A stretch of 64,000 bases of DNA from a candidate division WOR-3 bacterium (GTDB taxonomy: Bacteria > Hydrothermota > Hydrothermia > LBFQ01), in NCBI GenBank assembly GCA_039802605.1, contig JBDRWW010000002.1, forward strand, positions 160,001 through 224,000, given 5' to 3'. Both the position numbers and the translations under genes were made by a program. This document shows positions 9,734 through 20,626 of the stretch, piece after piece (within the stretch, counting starts at the first letter, position 1; each line of letters begins with the position of its first letter). The notes beneath the pieces are model-generated. The model saw nothing but the letters and a program-made list of their open reading frames with translations, made no database searches and was not told the DNA's origin.

Positions 9734-11914
9734 ATGTTTCGCAAATACAGGGAAGACCTCTTGTTTTTTGCCTTCTCGGTGGTTTCAACCTTGGTATTCT
9801 TTTTTCCCGGATGGATTAAAGGGAATATGTTTATAATGACGGATTTTTTAACCGCCACATATCCCTTTCACAAAATGGCATCGGAATTACCCATACCCAA
9901 ATGGGACCCTTATATCTTTGGTGGAATGCCCTTTTGGGGTGCCCCACATGCGGATGTGTTTTATATAAACCAGATTTTTAGGTTTATAACGGATCCGGGG
10001 CATGCGGCATCTTTATCAATGGTTTTCCATTCAATTTGGGCTTACATATTCGGTTATCTGTTTTTAAGAAAACTCGGTGTTGATAAAGGATGGGCGTTTC
10101 TATTATCGGTTGCGTATTCAACCGCAACATTTTGGACGAGTTTGGTTTTCAGCGGGCATTTGGCAAAGATGTCAATAATTTGCAATCTTCCCGCAATATT
10201 TTGGGCGTTAGAAGGTACCTTGGAAGGAAAAGTGAAATACGCCGCACTCCTCGGATTATTTGCCGGTATAACTACAAACGCGGGGCATGCCCAATTGATC
10301 TATTACACATTTATAGCGGTTCTCATTTATGCTTTGGGGTGGATAATATATTCTTTAAGGCAAAGGGAATACAATAAGGTTTTAAAGGTGGTTTTATACG
10401 GGGTTTTCTCGCTGGCAATAGCAATAGCCATAAGTTCCCCGTTCCTGTGGAATCAATGGGAGTATATAAGGGAGTATTCTCTGAGGGGTGAGGTTAAGGG
10501 AATAGAGTTTTCAAAGAGTTGGTCTTTGGATTGGGCAGACTTTTTCTCCATGTTCTTTGGAATGTATTCCGGGGTATTTGAGAATTACTGGGGTTCAAAT
10601 CCCTTTAAGATAAACAGCGAGTATTTAGGGGCGATATTGGTATTCTTTGGAATTATCGGAATTATAACAAACTTTAAGAATTGGAGGGTTATTTCGTTAT
10701 CCCTTGCGGCGTTTATACTCTTTGTTTTAATGACGGCAAAGGTGAATCCCCTATTTCCATTGTTTTATGAGTTTTTCCCTATGGTAAAACTTTTTAGGGC
10801 ACAATCAATGGCCTCGGGTGTCTTTGGGTTTTTGATTTTTGCACTCGGGGCCTTTGCCTTCAAGGATATTGAAAGGTTAAAGGAATTGGCGCCAAGGGTT
10901 ATAATAGGCGGGTTGATAGTTGCATTGTTCCTGTTAATGTTTGGGAAGTCTTTAACGGTTTGGGGTCTTGAAAGCGATATGCAGAGATTGGCGATATTCT
11001 CGGCAACATCAACCGACAGGTTTTTTGCAATAAGTAAAACACTGGTTATATGGTTTCTGGCGTATATGATTATAAGGGGAAATACAAAATCCCCAAGCAC
11101 ACCGTTATTTTTGGCGATTATTGGATTTGCCGACAACTTTTTGGGTAAATCCACATTTTATAAACCCATAAACGAAAATGCATATTTTGCAAAGGACGAT
11201 ATAGCAGCATACCTTGAAGGAAACAGAGGAATTTATAGGGTTTTGGATTTGGGGTACAAGATGGACGATAACTATTTGGTTTTATTCGGGATACAAATGG
11301 TTGGAGGACACCACGGGCAACATATGAAGACTTATTACGAATATTTGAAGTGTGAGGGGCTAATGTTTAATCCGTTTTTGTGCGAAAAGATAAGAAACAA
11401 TCCCGAAGTATTGGATACCCTTGGGGTTAAATTCGTAATAGCACCAATGGGTCTAAAGGGGGAAGTACAAAACTACCCAGAATTTTCAAAGTTTGGGGAA
11501 TACATCCAAAAGTATAAAGCCGTATATTCAAACCAAAGGTTTGAGATATTAAAAAATCCGGATTATTTCCCGAGGTTTTTCCTTATGTGTGGGGATAGCG
11601 TGGAAAAAAACATTAAGGTCTTAAACTACTATCCAAGGGGGGGATTTTACGAAGTTGAGTATTCTTCGGATAAACCTTGCAAACTCGTATTAACGGAAAA
11701 TTATTACCACCATTGGAAGGCTTTTGTTGACGGTAAAGCCACAAATGTTGAAAGGTTTAGGGGAACATTCATGGCTATAAATGCCCCTATCGGAAGGCAT
11801 AGGGTTAAGTTCATATACGAAAGTCCCCTAGAAAACCTTACATTAAATCTGTTTTTCGTGGGTATAGCGGTTTCCCTTGCCGGATTTTTGATAGGATGGA
11901 GGTTTAGAATATGA
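9734..11914 (+). CDS. YfhO-family multi-TM membrane protein (putative GT-C glycosyltransferase)
   Basis: WDPYIFGGMPF, many TM helices, C-terminal ENYYHHWKAFVDG...GRHRVKFIY followed by a TM. Confidence 0.85.
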   Translation: MFRKYREDLLFFAFSVVSTLVFFFPGWIKGNMFIMTDFLTATYPFHKMASELPIPKWDPYIFGGMPFWGAPHADVFYINQIFRFITDPGHAASLSMVFHSIWAYIFGYLFLRKLGVDKGWAFLLSVAYSTATFWTSLVFSGHLAKMSIICNLPAIFWALEGTLEGKVKYAALLGLFAGITTNAGHAQLIYYTFIAVLIYALGWIIYSLRQREYNKVLKVVLYGVFSLAIAIAISSPFLWNQWEYIREYSLRGEVKGIEFSKSWSLDWADFFSMFFGMYSGVFENYWGSNPFKINSEYLGAILVFFGIIGIITNFKNWRVISLSLAAFILFVLMTAKVNPLFPLFYEFFPMVKLFRAQSMASGVFGFLIFALGAFAFKDIERLKELAPRVIIGGLIVALFLLMFGKSLTVWGLESDMQRLAIFSATSTDRFFAISKTLVIWFLAYMIIRGNTKSPSTPLFLAIIGFADNFLGKSTFYKPINENAYFAKDDIAAYLEGNRGIYRVLDLGYKMDDNYLVLFGIQMVGGHHGQHMKTYYEYLKCEGLMFNPFLCEKIRNNPEVLDTLGVKFVIAPMGLKGEVQNYPEFSKFGEYIQKYKAVYSNQRFEILKNPDYFPRFFLMCGDSVEKNIKVLNYYPRGGFYEVEYSSDKPCKLVLTENYYHHWKAFVDGKATNVERFRGTFMAINAPIGRHRVKFIYESPLENLTLNLFFVGIAVSLAGFLIGWRFRI

Positions 11915-12126
11915 GCCAATTATCCTTTTTGTTTGCCGGTTTGTTTCTCCTAAGCATATTTTTATACCTGTTCTTTCCCGAGAGGATAAAGTTATGGGTT
12001 ATCTTGGGGCTTTCCTCCCTTGGTGCAACTTTAATGGGTTTTTGGGGTTATAAGGATCCGTATATAATCGCTACATTTTTGGTGGTCCTAATACTATCGT
12101 CCATAGGGGCATTAATAAAAAAATAG
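11911..12126 (+). CDS. Small hydrophobic membrane protein (about 3 TM)
   Basis: ATGA overlap with the YfhO gene; 71 aa, hydrophobic. Confidence 0.6.
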   Translation: MSQLSFLFAGLFLLSIFLYLFFPERIKLWVILGLSSLGATLMGFWGYKDPYIIATFLVVLILSSIGALIKK

Positions 12127-12149
12127 GGGGGCTTTAAGCCCCCCATTTT
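12126..12149. terminator. Intrinsic terminator hairpin, probably bidirectional
   Basis: GGGGGGCTT-T-AAGCCCCCC flanked by A and T runs, between convergent genes. Confidence 0.75.
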
Positions 12150-12169
12150 CAGGTTTTTGCGCGAAACTT

Positions 12170-14248
12170 TTACCGTATTATCACCTTTAACACCCTATCC
12201 CCAGCTTTCACGAAGTATATTCCGCCTTTACGGAAGGTGTATTTCTTGTTGAATTCCGCAACCTTTCTACCCGTTATATCGTATATAACACCGGAACCGT
12301 TGAAAGTTATCGTCCTTCCAAAAACCTCTATACCCTCAAACCTACTACTCATAACACTTTCGGAAACGCCTAGCTGATCGCAGTAAAATCCAGTGGCCAT
12401 TTTTACCAATGTGTTGCTCGGGTCGTTTATGGTTATGAAGGCAAATATTGGGGCGGTACTATCTGGGCAGTAATTCCAAACATCAACATCCGCCATATTA
12501 ACCATATCGGCGCTGTCGTTTACGGCTAAGGAACTCCTTATTATGCTGTAAATCATATTCTGGTTCCAACCGCCGTAATATATTCTATCCGCCTCCGGGA
12601 AAGAACTTATACCCCTAAGGGATATACCCGTGTGGTTGGGTATTGTGCCGGTACTCGTGTAGGTAATTGGGTCTATCTTGTATATATTGTTTGATCCGCC
12701 AACATAAACACCCAATACGACATTATCAACCCTATCGTAATCCATACCCGCCATCCACCAACCACTTTCAATATTTGCCCATATGTCAAAGCTATCTATG
12801 AGATTGCCATTGCCATCGTATATACCCATCTTGTTCCCAATAAAGGAAGAACCATCAAATCCTACATGGGATACCCAGAATTTTCCATTAACATACGCTA
12901 TACCCCAAGGTATGTCGTATGTACCGAAGAATGGGCGAAGGGTCCATGTCGTAACCATACTAAATGTCCCCGATGGGTTTGTCGGGTCAAATTTAAACAC
13001 TCTTGAAGGCGGATTCATGGTTATTACATAAAACTTACCGCTATCAGGTGCGTAGGTTATGCCCGCAAAGCTATAACCGCTACCATCCCCCAAGCTCGGG
13101 AATGTCCAAATTCCGAGGATATCCCCGAATATGTAATAAGTTCTGAGTATTCCCGAGAGGGTATCGTTGTCATGAACCGTATCCATAGGCTCCCCGGCAA
13201 TTACAACCGCGCGGTAAAAGGACCTAGGAGAGGGCGTAAATGGATCAAATGTTATGTTATTGGATGTTAAAGCGGGTATTGAGGCCAATTGGGTATCGGC
13301 AAAAACCAATGTACTCGTGGTTGTATCATAAACGAAAAGGTATATTGGGGAGTTTGTGGTATTTACATTTCCGTTGTTCCTTACCGTGGCAACTATGCTT
13401 ATGGGTGCAACATCAACCGAACCTAAGGGTGTAATATCAACAACCCTCAGATCGTAATCAATGGGTGTCGGTGGTTGGAAAAGTATTGCGGTTCCGCTGT
13501 CGGGTATATGCCCGGAGGGCGATCCGTTATAAACGTATTGCAAGTACCATGTTGGATTTGTTCCAGCAGCCGCCGTAGAATCCTGAATACCAATAGTTGC
13601 ATCACCGTAATCTATGGTACTGTTGTATTGTAGCTTTATATTCCCGTTATCGTAAATGATTACCTGGAAGGTCATAAAGATGGCCCTACCGTAAATAGGA
13701 ACATCGTTCCACTGAACAACCGCACACGCTCCGGAATACCCATCGGGACAGGTGGAAAACGATTGGAAATATATGTCATCCGCACCAGATGCCGCGGGGT
13801 TCAAATCATCCCACATCACGGCTACAAAGCCATGTTCGCCATAAGAATTACTCGGGAGGGATGTATTACTAAAACCAAGATAATCGTACTTGTTGTTGAA
13901 TACCACCGTTCCGTTTGAGCATATTGATATTGAATCCGTGGTTTTATCGTAGAATGGAAAAGTAAAGCCGAGGTAATAGAGGGTTGAAGCATTCGAACCT
14001 GAACACCAGTCATCACCAGCACCCACAGGTGTTCCCGTGGAGGATATGTCTATGAAGTTGAATGTGACCGCATCTCCATCCTGTGTGGATAGATATGTGT
14101 ATCCATAGCCATCCGGTCCTCCTCCTAGGATCCTTGGAGCTTTTACGGTGCTTCTTTTGGGAAGCACCGGCTCTACTTTTTGATATTTCGGGGCCTCATA
14201 CCCCTTGGCATTTATGAAGTTTGGTGATGCTACAAGAAACCACATCAT
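12170..14248 (-). CDS. Secreted multidomain protein (GPDGYGY N-domain, CARDB/Ig-like, beta-propeller) with a T9SS type A C-terminal sorting domain
   Basis: GGPDGYGY; DLRVVDI...VRNNG (CARDB); C-terminus IYDITGRKV...GIYFVK...KVIIR. Confidence 0.8.
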   Translation of the reverse strand: MMWFLVASPNFINAKGYEAPKYQKVEPVLPKRSTVKAPRILGGGPDGYGYTYLSTQDGDAVTFNFIDISSTGTPVGAGDDWCSGSNASTLYYLGFTFPFYDKTTDSISICSNGTVVFNNKYDYLGFSNTSLPSNSYGEHGFVAVMWDDLNPAASGADDIYFQSFSTCPDGYSGACAVVQWNDVPIYGRAIFMTFQVIIYDNGNIKLQYNSTIDYGDATIGIQDSTAAAGTNPTWYLQYVYNGSPSGHIPDSGTAILFQPPTPIDYDLRVVDITPLGSVDVAPISIVATVRNNGNVNTTNSPIYLFVYDTTTSTLVFADTQLASIPALTSNNITFDPFTPSPRSFYRAVVIAGEPMDTVHDNDTLSGILRTYYIFGDILGIWTFPSLGDGSGYSFAGITYAPDSGKFYVITMNPPSRVFKFDPTNPSGTFSMVTTWTLRPFFGTYDIPWGIAYVNGKFWVSHVGFDGSSFIGNKMGIYDGNGNLIDSFDIWANIESGWWMAGMDYDRVDNVVLGVYVGGSNNIYKIDPITYTSTGTIPNHTGISLRGISSFPEADRIYYGGWNQNMIYSIIRSSLAVNDSADMVNMADVDVWNYCPDSTAPIFAFITINDPSNTLVKMATGFYCDQLGVSESVMSSRFEGIEVFGRTITFNGSGVIYDITGRKVAEFNKKYTFRKGGIYFVKAGDRVLKVIIR

Positions 14249-14269
14249 ATAGAAGATATTATAAAGGGG

Positions 14270-15253
14270 TTATTCCTCGGCATGTGAAAAATTTTCGCCA
14301 ACAAATCCCCATGCCCCCATTTTGCGGTATTTTTTATACCTCTCCCTAAGCAATGCCCCTTTACCCTTTCTCCTCAACTCCCTGAAAGCCTTTAAGAATG
14401 TTATCTTTATTCTCCTTGCCGTTTCATCGTAATCCCTGTGAGCACCCCCTAAGGGCTCCTTTATTATCCCGTCTATTATACCAAACTTTAAAAGGTCATC
14501 GGCGGTTAGTTTTAAAATCTCAGCGGCTTCTTTGTTTTTACTCGCATCTCTAAACAATATACTCGCCGCTCCCTCCGGCGATATCACGGAATATATTGCA
14601 TATTCAAGCATATAAACCCTGTCGGCGGCCGCAATCGCCAAGGCCCCACCACTTCCACCTTCTCCGGTGATTATGGAGATTGTTGGAACCCTTATTTCCA
14701 ACATTTTTTTAATGCTATAAGCAATTGCCGAAAACTGTCCCCTTTCCTCCGCCCCTATTCCCGGATATGCACCCGGCGTATCAACGAGGGTTAAAACCGG
14801 CAAACCGAGTTTATCCGCCAAAGAAAACATCCTTATAGCCTTCCTATACCCCTCGGGATGCGCCATACCGAAATTCCTTTTAATTTTCTCCTCGGTTTCC
14901 CTTCCCTTTTGTATTCCAACAATAACAACCCCGTAATTCTCTATTTTCCCCAAGCCGGCAACTATGGCCTTATCATCCCCAAACAACCTATCCCCATGCA
15001 GCTCTATAAAATCGTCGCAAATCCTCTGAATTATATCCAAAGGGTATGGCCTGTCCGGGTGTCTTGCCAGTTGTACCTTTTGCCACCTCGTAAGGTTTGA
15101 GAATATCTCCTTTCTCAATTCTTCCAAATTCCTTTCTAACTCCTTAACCCTTTTCAAAAGGTTTTCGTCCTTTGTTTCATCCGCCTGTTTCTTTAACTTT
15201 TCTATCTCCACTTCAAGGGTGGCCAAAGGTTGTTCAAAATCCAAATATCTCAT
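14270..15253 (-). CDS. accA: Acetyl-CoA carboxylase carboxyltransferase alpha subunit
   Basis: YLDFEQP, ARHPDRP, DTPGAYPGIGAEERGQ, GEGGSGGA. Confidence 0.97.
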   Translation of the reverse strand: MRYLDFEQPLATLEVEIEKLKKQADETKDENLLKRVKELERNLEELRKEIFSNLTRWQKVQLARHPDRPYPLDIIQRICDDFIELHGDRLFGDDKAIVAGLGKIENYGVVIVGIQKGRETEEKIKRNFGMAHPEGYRKAIRMFSLADKLGLPVLTLVDTPGAYPGIGAEERGQFSAIAYSIKKMLEIRVPTISIITGEGGSGGALAIAAADRVYMLEYAIYSVISPEGAASILFRDASKNKEAAEILKLTADDLLKFGIIDGIIKEPLGGAHRDYDETARRIKITFLKAFRELRRKGKGALLRERYKKYRKMGAWGFVGENFSHAEE

Positions 15254-15265
15254 TGATTGGGCATT

Positions 15266-16201
15266 CTAAGGTTGAAAGATTTCCCAACCCCTATACACAA
15301 AACCCGTATAAACTTGTGTTAATACGGCCCCAAAGGATAGCTTTTTCTCCACATCCCTTAAAGAGAATATTCCCCCAACCCCTATTACGGGGATATTACT
15401 TATTTTTACCCATTCGGAAATCCTGGCATTTGAGATTTCAAACAAAGGTTTTCCACTCAACCCCCCGTTTTCAACCTTTAAGGTATTCGTCAGTATAACC
15501 CCATCTATATCGTTCTTCTCGCAGATTTTGGCAATTGCCTCCAAATCCTCACCCGATATTTCCGGGGCGAGTTTAACCATAACGGGTTTGTAGGGTTTTC
15601 CCCTTCTAAACCTCCAAATTTCACCCAATATAACTTCAAGATTTTCCCCCTTTTGTAGTTCCCTTAACCCCTCCGTATTCGGAGAACTAACATTTAATAC
15701 AAAATAATCGCCCAAATCGTATAACTGCCTTAAAACAAATATGTAATCCTCATAAGCCCTATCGTTTGGCGTATCCCCGTTTTTCCCTATGTTTATACCA
15801 ACCGGCACAACCCTCGGATCCTTCAAAAGCCTTTCCTTTGCAACCTTAACCCCCACATTGTTAAAACCCATACGGTTTATTAAGGCTTTTTCCCTTTCCA
15901 ACCTGAAAAGCCTAGGCCTTGGATTTCCCCGTTGCGGTAAGGGCGTTATTGTACCCACTTCAACAAATCCGAAACCAAAGGCCCCCCATAAACTCCCAAT
16001 ATCACAATTCTTATCCAAACCGGCTGCAAGCCCCAATTTTCCAAGGAATTCAATATTCCAAACCCTTGTCCTCTCCACCCTTCTACCGTTGAAAATCTCC
16101 AACAATACGGGTTTTATAAAGGATAAACCTTTAATCGTCAAATTGTGCGATATTTCCGGGTCAAGGGAGAATAGCAACTTTCTCAATAAATTATACACCA
16201 C
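15266..16201 (-). CDS. pyrD: Quinone-dependent dihydroorotate dehydrogenase
   Basis: GLAAGLDKN, INRMGFNN, NVSSPNT, GGLSG. Confidence 0.95.
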   Translation of the reverse strand: MVYNLLRKLLFSLDPEISHNLTIKGLSFIKPVLLEIFNGRRVERTRVWNIEFLGKLGLAAGLDKNCDIGSLWGAFGFGFVEVGTITPLPQRGNPRPRLFRLEREKALINRMGFNNVGVKVAKERLLKDPRVVPVGINIGKNGDTPNDRAYEDYIFVLRQLYDLGDYFVLNVSSPNTEGLRELQKGENLEVILGEIWRFRRGKPYKPVMVKLAPEISGEDLEAIAKICEKNDIDGVILTNTLKVENGGLSGKPLFEISNARISEWVKISNIPVIGVGGIFSLRDVEKKLSFGAVLTQVYTGFVYRGWEIFQP

Positions 16202-16781
16202 CCTTTCCCCTTATCTCCAAAGGTATCCCAGATTTACACAGAGGGCATTCCATTTCGGGATAAACCGGAAGGCTGAGTTCAAGGACATAGAAAAACGGAA
16301 TTTCAATTTCCATCGCTCCCCTTTTAACCATAACCCCCGCCACAACCGGATTGCCACCCTGTCTTAAAACCGCCTCGTATGTATCCCTTAAAGACTTTCC
16401 CGTTGTTAATACATCATCCACAACCGCAACCCTTTTACCGTAAAGGTCGTATCCCCTTTTTAAAACCCTTTTTTCCCCTTCTTTTTCCGCGTATGCGGCC
16501 ATTATACCCATAAAGGACGCCACATCGTAGGCGAGAATTGCCCCACCCGTAAAAGGACCCACAACCCACTCAACATCAAAAGCCGCAAACTCTTCGGCGA
16601 GTTTTTGAGAAAATTTTCTTAAAAGTACGGGGTTTTCCAAAATCCTAAACTTTTCAAAGTAATATTCGGAATGATATCCGGAGCTCAGGAGGAAGTGCCC
16701 CCTGTATAAAGCATTATTTAGAATAACTTCTTTATCTCTACCCTTAATACCGCCAGCGGCAAGCCCTCCACCTCTAAGCAT
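16191..16781 (-). CDS. pyrE: Orotate phosphoribosyltransferase
   Basis: GHFLLSSG, PRPP-binding VVDDVLTTG, adjacent to pyrD. The exact start is uncertain. Confidence 0.9.
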   Translation of the reverse strand: MLRGGGLAAGGIKGRDKEVILNNALYRGHFLLSSGYHSEYYFEKFRILENPVLLRKFSQKLAEEFAAFDVEWVVGPFTGGAILAYDVASFMGIMAAYAEKEGEKRVLKRGYDLYGKRVAVVDDVLTTGKSLRDTYEAVLRQGGNPVVAGVMVKRGAMEIEIPFFYVLELSLPVYPEMECPLCKSGIPLEIRGKGGV

Positions 16782-17746
16782 ACCAGGTCTTCCCCTTTAA
16801 AAATGAAGTAATAATCCGGATTTCCGGGTATAAACAATTCTTCCCTTTGGAGGGATTTTAGGAGTTTCTTTATACTTTTTGCAGATTCTTGGGTTATACT
16901 TGCACCATCGGAGGAAATATAGTGTTCCCCTATCAATACCCCGACACCTTTTATACCTTTAACGGCTTTAACCATTTCTATTATCCCACTTGCCTTACTT
17001 TTAACATCTTCGGGAATTTCTTCTTCAACCTCAAAGGAACCCAGGAGGGACCAACTCTCCAAATCCACGGATTGTTGAGCCTGAGCCTCTTCCGAAGCGG
17101 ATACGGTTCTTAATAGCAAGGAATCAAGGGATTCGTAAATCGTCTGTTTATCGGTTTCCACACCCCTTTTAACCGAGAAGGAACCCCCTTCAAGGGACAA
17201 GATCCTTTCAAAGGCTTCAACCCCCGATATTTCCCTTATTTCCGCGTGTACAACCTTTCCGTCCTTTATCCATATCCTCCCCATACCCTCAACCGATGAT
17301 ACCTCAACCAAGGCCGTACCGCTTTCATAAGCCAGTAGTTGCAGGACATCCACGAGGGTTAATTCCTGCATTACACCCCTAAACCCCTTGGATGTAATAA
17401 CCTTCTTTAAAACCCCCATGAAGTAATCAAGGTCAAAGGGCTTTTCAACATAGGCATCCGCACCCATTGAAACCACTTCCCTTTCCATTTCGGGGGAACC
17501 CTTAGCCGTCATAATAACGGTTCTAAGGTCTTTTTTAGTGGATTTTATCTCCTGCAAGAATACGAGACCGCTTTCACCGGGCATTCTTACATCCGTAACC
17601 ACGACATCAACGGGCTGCGTATTCAAAATTTCCCTTGCCTCCTCCACGCTTCTCGCCGTTAAAACCTCCCAACCCCCCCTGCTTAAAATCACCGATAAGC
17701 CGTAAAGAATATCTTCCTCGTCATCAACTATTAAAACCCTTGGCAT
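16718..17746 (-). CDS. Response regulator receiver + DUF4388 (PATAN-like) + putative roadblock-like C-terminal domain
   Basis: VDDE...TDVRMPG...MTA...KPF receiver; GFRGVMQELTLVDVLQL...GRIWIKDGKVVHA for DUF4388. Confidence 0.85.
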   Translation of the reverse strand: MPRVLIVDDEEDILYGLSVILSRGGWEVLTARSVEEAREILNTQPVDVVVTDVRMPGESGLVFLQEIKSTKKDLRTVIMTAKGSPEMEREVVSMGADAYVEKPFDLDYFMGVLKKVITSKGFRGVMQELTLVDVLQLLAYESGTALVEVSSVEGMGRIWIKDGKVVHAEIREISGVEAFERILSLEGGSFSVKRGVETDKQTIYESLDSLLLRTVSASEEAQAQQSVDLESWSLLGSFEVEEEIPEDVKSKASGIIEMVKAVKGIKGVGVLIGEHYISSDGASITQESAKSIKKLLKSLQREELFIPGNPDYYFIFKGEDLVCLEVEGLPLAVLRVEIKKLF

Positions 17747-17747
17747 T

Positions 17748-18803
17748 CTAAAACAGTTTAAAGTTCCTCTTTACAAACCCCACTCCAAACCTCAAATTCG
17801 CTTTAACATCCACATCTCCCGTTTTGTTAAACTCGTATATGTTCGTATCGTCCGCTATATCCAAGAATAGACCCTTGTAATTTATTCCTCCCCCAAATGT
17901 CCAACCTATACGGGCACCCCTTTTGTCGTAGAAGTATCCAACCCTGAAAGATACCAGGTCGTAAAACGTATAGTTTGCCCCTATGTGCATCCAAGCGTCC
18001 GCCAAAACGCTGTCTATACCCATTTCCCTAATATCCTTGGTTATATACACTAGAACCTTGTGAATGTCAAATGCTATTTGGAGTTTGTTTACGGTATCGT
18101 AAACGGGAACCACTGCAACCCCAAGCCTCGCGCTATAGGGCAAAGGATCCGGTGGGGAGTTTCCAAACCTTATTCCCGGGCCAAAATTCATAAGCCCAAA
18201 GGATATACTATATCCCGGCCATTTCCTCAAATACACGCTGCCATCAACGGCGTAAGCCCAAGCGGACCCGCTATTGGGGTCATCCCCCATCCTTATAAGT
18301 ATCTGTCTAGGTATTAAAAAAGAATAAAGCAGCTTTGCGGCACCTCCGGCATAAAGGTTTCCAAGGTTGGTTTTCAACAACTCCTTACCGTATCCAAGTG
18401 TAAAAACCATGTCAAAGGGGGTGGTTGTCCCATAATCTATACCGTCATAAACGAGATCAACCTCCCCAACCGTTAAATATGTGAAAGAAAAGGAAAAGGT
18501 TCCAAAGGAGGTTTTTGATGTTAAACTTGCAAATTCAAAGTAAGAATCCCCGGTTTGTACCAAGGTTCTCAACCAAGGGGCATGGACAAAATACAAAATA
18601 CCCCCTTGAAGGGCCCCCAAACCTGCGGGGTTATACCAAATCGTTGATGGGTCATCCGCGATAGCGGAAAAAGCCCCACCCATACCTATGGCCTTAGAAC
18701 CGGGGTAAATGGTCAAAACAACGGCCCCGGCGGCATTCGCATCCGCATAAACCCTCCCCACAAATCCGGCCAACAAACCAAAAGCCATTAAAGCCCTTTT
18801 CAT
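17748..18803 (-). CDS. porV: PorV/PorQ-family outer-membrane beta-barrel (T9SS shuttle)
   Basis: [33 protein letters not shown] signature; signal peptide. Confidence 0.8.
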   Translation of the reverse strand: MKRALMAFGLLAGFVGRVYADANAAGAVVLTIYPGSKAIGMGGAFSAIADDPSTIWYNPAGLGALQGGILYFVHAPWLRTLVQTGDSYFEFASLTSKTSFGTFSFSFTYLTVGEVDLVYDGIDYGTTTPFDMVFTLGYGKELLKTNLGNLYAGGAAKLLYSFLIPRQILIRMGDDPNSGSAWAYAVDGSVYLRKWPGYSISFGLMNFGPGIRFGNSPPDPLPYSARLGVAVVPVYDTVNKLQIAFDIHKVLVYITKDIREMGIDSVLADAWMHIGANYTFYDLVSFRVGYFYDKRGARIGWTFGGGINYKGLFLDIADDTNIYEFNKTGDVDVKANLRFGVGFVKRNFKLF

Positions 18804-19345
18804 CCCTTTCTTTTCCTCAATTCTTTGGCCTGCAACTTTATCTTTTCCTGTAATTGCCTAATTCCGTCTATCAAAGCCTCGGGTGAAGGGGGGCATCCGG
18901 GGACATAAACATCAACCGGCACTATTTTATCAACACCGGGAACCACGCTATAAACATTCCTGTAATGGTCGCCGGATATAGCGCATGAGCCCATTGCTAT
19001 CACCCATTTTGGATAAGGCATCTGCTCGTACAACCTCCTTAGCCTTGGAGCCATCTTTATGGTTACCGTACCGGCGACTATCATTAGGTCCGCTTGCCTG
19101 GGGGTTGCCCTAGTAATGGTTCCAAACCTTTCAAGGTCAAACCTACCCATGTAGCTCGCTATCATTTCAATTGCGCAACACGCCAAACCAAATGTTAGCC
19201 CCCAAACGGAATTCGCCCTGGCCTGCGCCAATAGGTCTTCCAACAACCCAACGCTCGTTAAGAGTATTTCCCCACCCGGAAACCTTTCAAGGTGTAGGGC
19301 GATATCGTATAATGTTGAAGGTGGATATAAAGTTTGGTTTTTCAT
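18800..19345 (-). CDS. nuoB: NADH-quinone oxidoreductase subunit B
   Basis: [33 protein letters not shown]. Confidence 0.95.
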   Translation of the reverse strand: MKNQTLYPPSTLYDIALHLERFPGGEILLTSVGLLEDLLAQARANSVWGLTFGLACCAIEMIASYMGRFDLERFGTITRATPRQADLMIVAGTVTIKMAPRLRRLYEQMPYPKWVIAMGSCAISGDHYRNVYSVVPGVDKIVPVDVYVPGCPPSPEALIDGIRQLQEKIKLQAKELRKRKG

Positions 19346-19436
19346 CGGGTTAAATATTATAAGGTTGAAAAAGGTTAAGGGTTTTACGGCCGTTTGTTTT
19401 AAGGAGCATTTTTTTCAGCGGTATAATACCCCCCTT

Positions 19437-20624
19437 ATGAACAAGTTGTGTATAACGGATGAACCGGAATATTTTAAGGACAAAAGGGTAATCCTTAGGG
19501 TTGATTACAATGTCGTAAAGGATGGCAAAATAGAGGATACCTTCCGCATAGATTCAACGCTGGAAACCATAAAGAAACTCTTGGAATATGGGGCAAAGGG
19601 TATTATACTCCTATCCCATAGCGGTCGCCCCAAAGGTAAGGATGAGAGTCTATCATTAAAACCCGTTGCGGGTTATTTGAAGGATAAGTTGGGATTTGAG
19701 GTTTATTTCCACGATGATGTGGAAAAGGAAATTCCGGAAGGTCATAGGGTTGTTTTAGTTGAAAATTTGAGGTTTTGGGAAGGGGAAGGGAAAAACGATA
19801 AGAAATTTGCGGAAAAACTCGCAAGGTTCGGCGATGTTTATGTAAACGATGCCTTTGCCGTATCCCATAGGGAAAACGCATCCGTAAGCGCGATTGCGGA
19901 ATTCTTTGAAAAGAGGTTTGCGGGCATGCTGATGAAGAAGGAGTTGGAAAACCTTACAAAGGTTAGAGAAAACCCCGAAAAACCCTTTTATGTCCTCTTC
20001 GGAGGCGCAAAGGTAAGCGATAAAATTCCGATCCTTGAAAAGTTGGTGGATAAGTCCGACAAGATACTCATAGGGGGTGCCATGGCATATACATTTTTAA
20101 AGGCTAAGGGAGAAAGTGTAGGTAAATCCAGGGTTGAGGAGGAACAAATGGAATGGGCTAAAAACTTCATAAGCAATAACGGTAATAAGGTTGAACTCCC
20201 GATAGACCATGTGGCTTTAAAGGGGGAAAAGGAGTGTAAAGATGTTAAGGAAGAAGAGGTTGAGGAGGTAAAGGATTTGGGCTCGGATTATGTGGGTTAT
20301 GACATAGGTTTTGAAACGGTTAAAAGGTATAGGGATATCTTAAAAGGTGCAAAGATGATATTCTGGAACGGCCCTATGGGTATGTACGAATGCGAACCCT
20401 TTGAGTGTGGGACAAAACTCTTGGCGGTATTCCTGAGTTGTCTAAAGGATGAAGGTATAAAGGTTATAGTTGGTGGTGGCGATACGGTGGCGGCCATACG
20501 CAAGTTTGACATACCCATCGAAGACTTTGAGTTTGTTTCAACGGGTGGAGGCGCAACTTTGGAGTTCTTAGCGGGTAAGGATTTGCCCGGAATTAAAATA
20601 TTAACCGATAAACAAGGGGGTTAA
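19437..20624 (+). CDS. pgk: Phosphoglycerate kinase
   Basis: RVDYNV, SHSGRP, LVENLRF, VNDAF, GGAKVSDK, STGGGA. Start set at ATG 19437, after TATAAT. Confidence 0.97.
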   Translation: MNKLCITDEPEYFKDKRVILRVDYNVVKDGKIEDTFRIDSTLETIKKLLEYGAKGIILLSHSGRPKGKDESLSLKPVAGYLKDKLGFEVYFHDDVEKEIPEGHRVVLVENLRFWEGEGKNDKKFAEKLARFGDVYVNDAFAVSHRENASVSAIAEFFEKRFAGMLMKKELENLTKVRENPEKPFYVLFGGAKVSDKIPILEKLVDKSDKILIGGAMAYTFLKAKGESVGKSRVEEEQMEWAKNFISNNGNKVELPIDHVALKGEKECKDVKEEEVEEVKDLGSDYVGYDIGFETVKRYRDILKGAKMIFWNGPMGMYECEPFECGTKLLAVFLSCLKDEGIKVIVGGGDTVAAIRKFDIPIEDFEFVSTGGGATLEFLAGKDLPGIKILTDKQGG

Positions 20625-20626
20625 AG

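Noticed and set aside
18800..19345. Hydrogenase small subunit
   Set aside because: The adjacent CC in GLACCAIEM and the PRQAD motif indicate NuoB, and there is no large subunit nearby.
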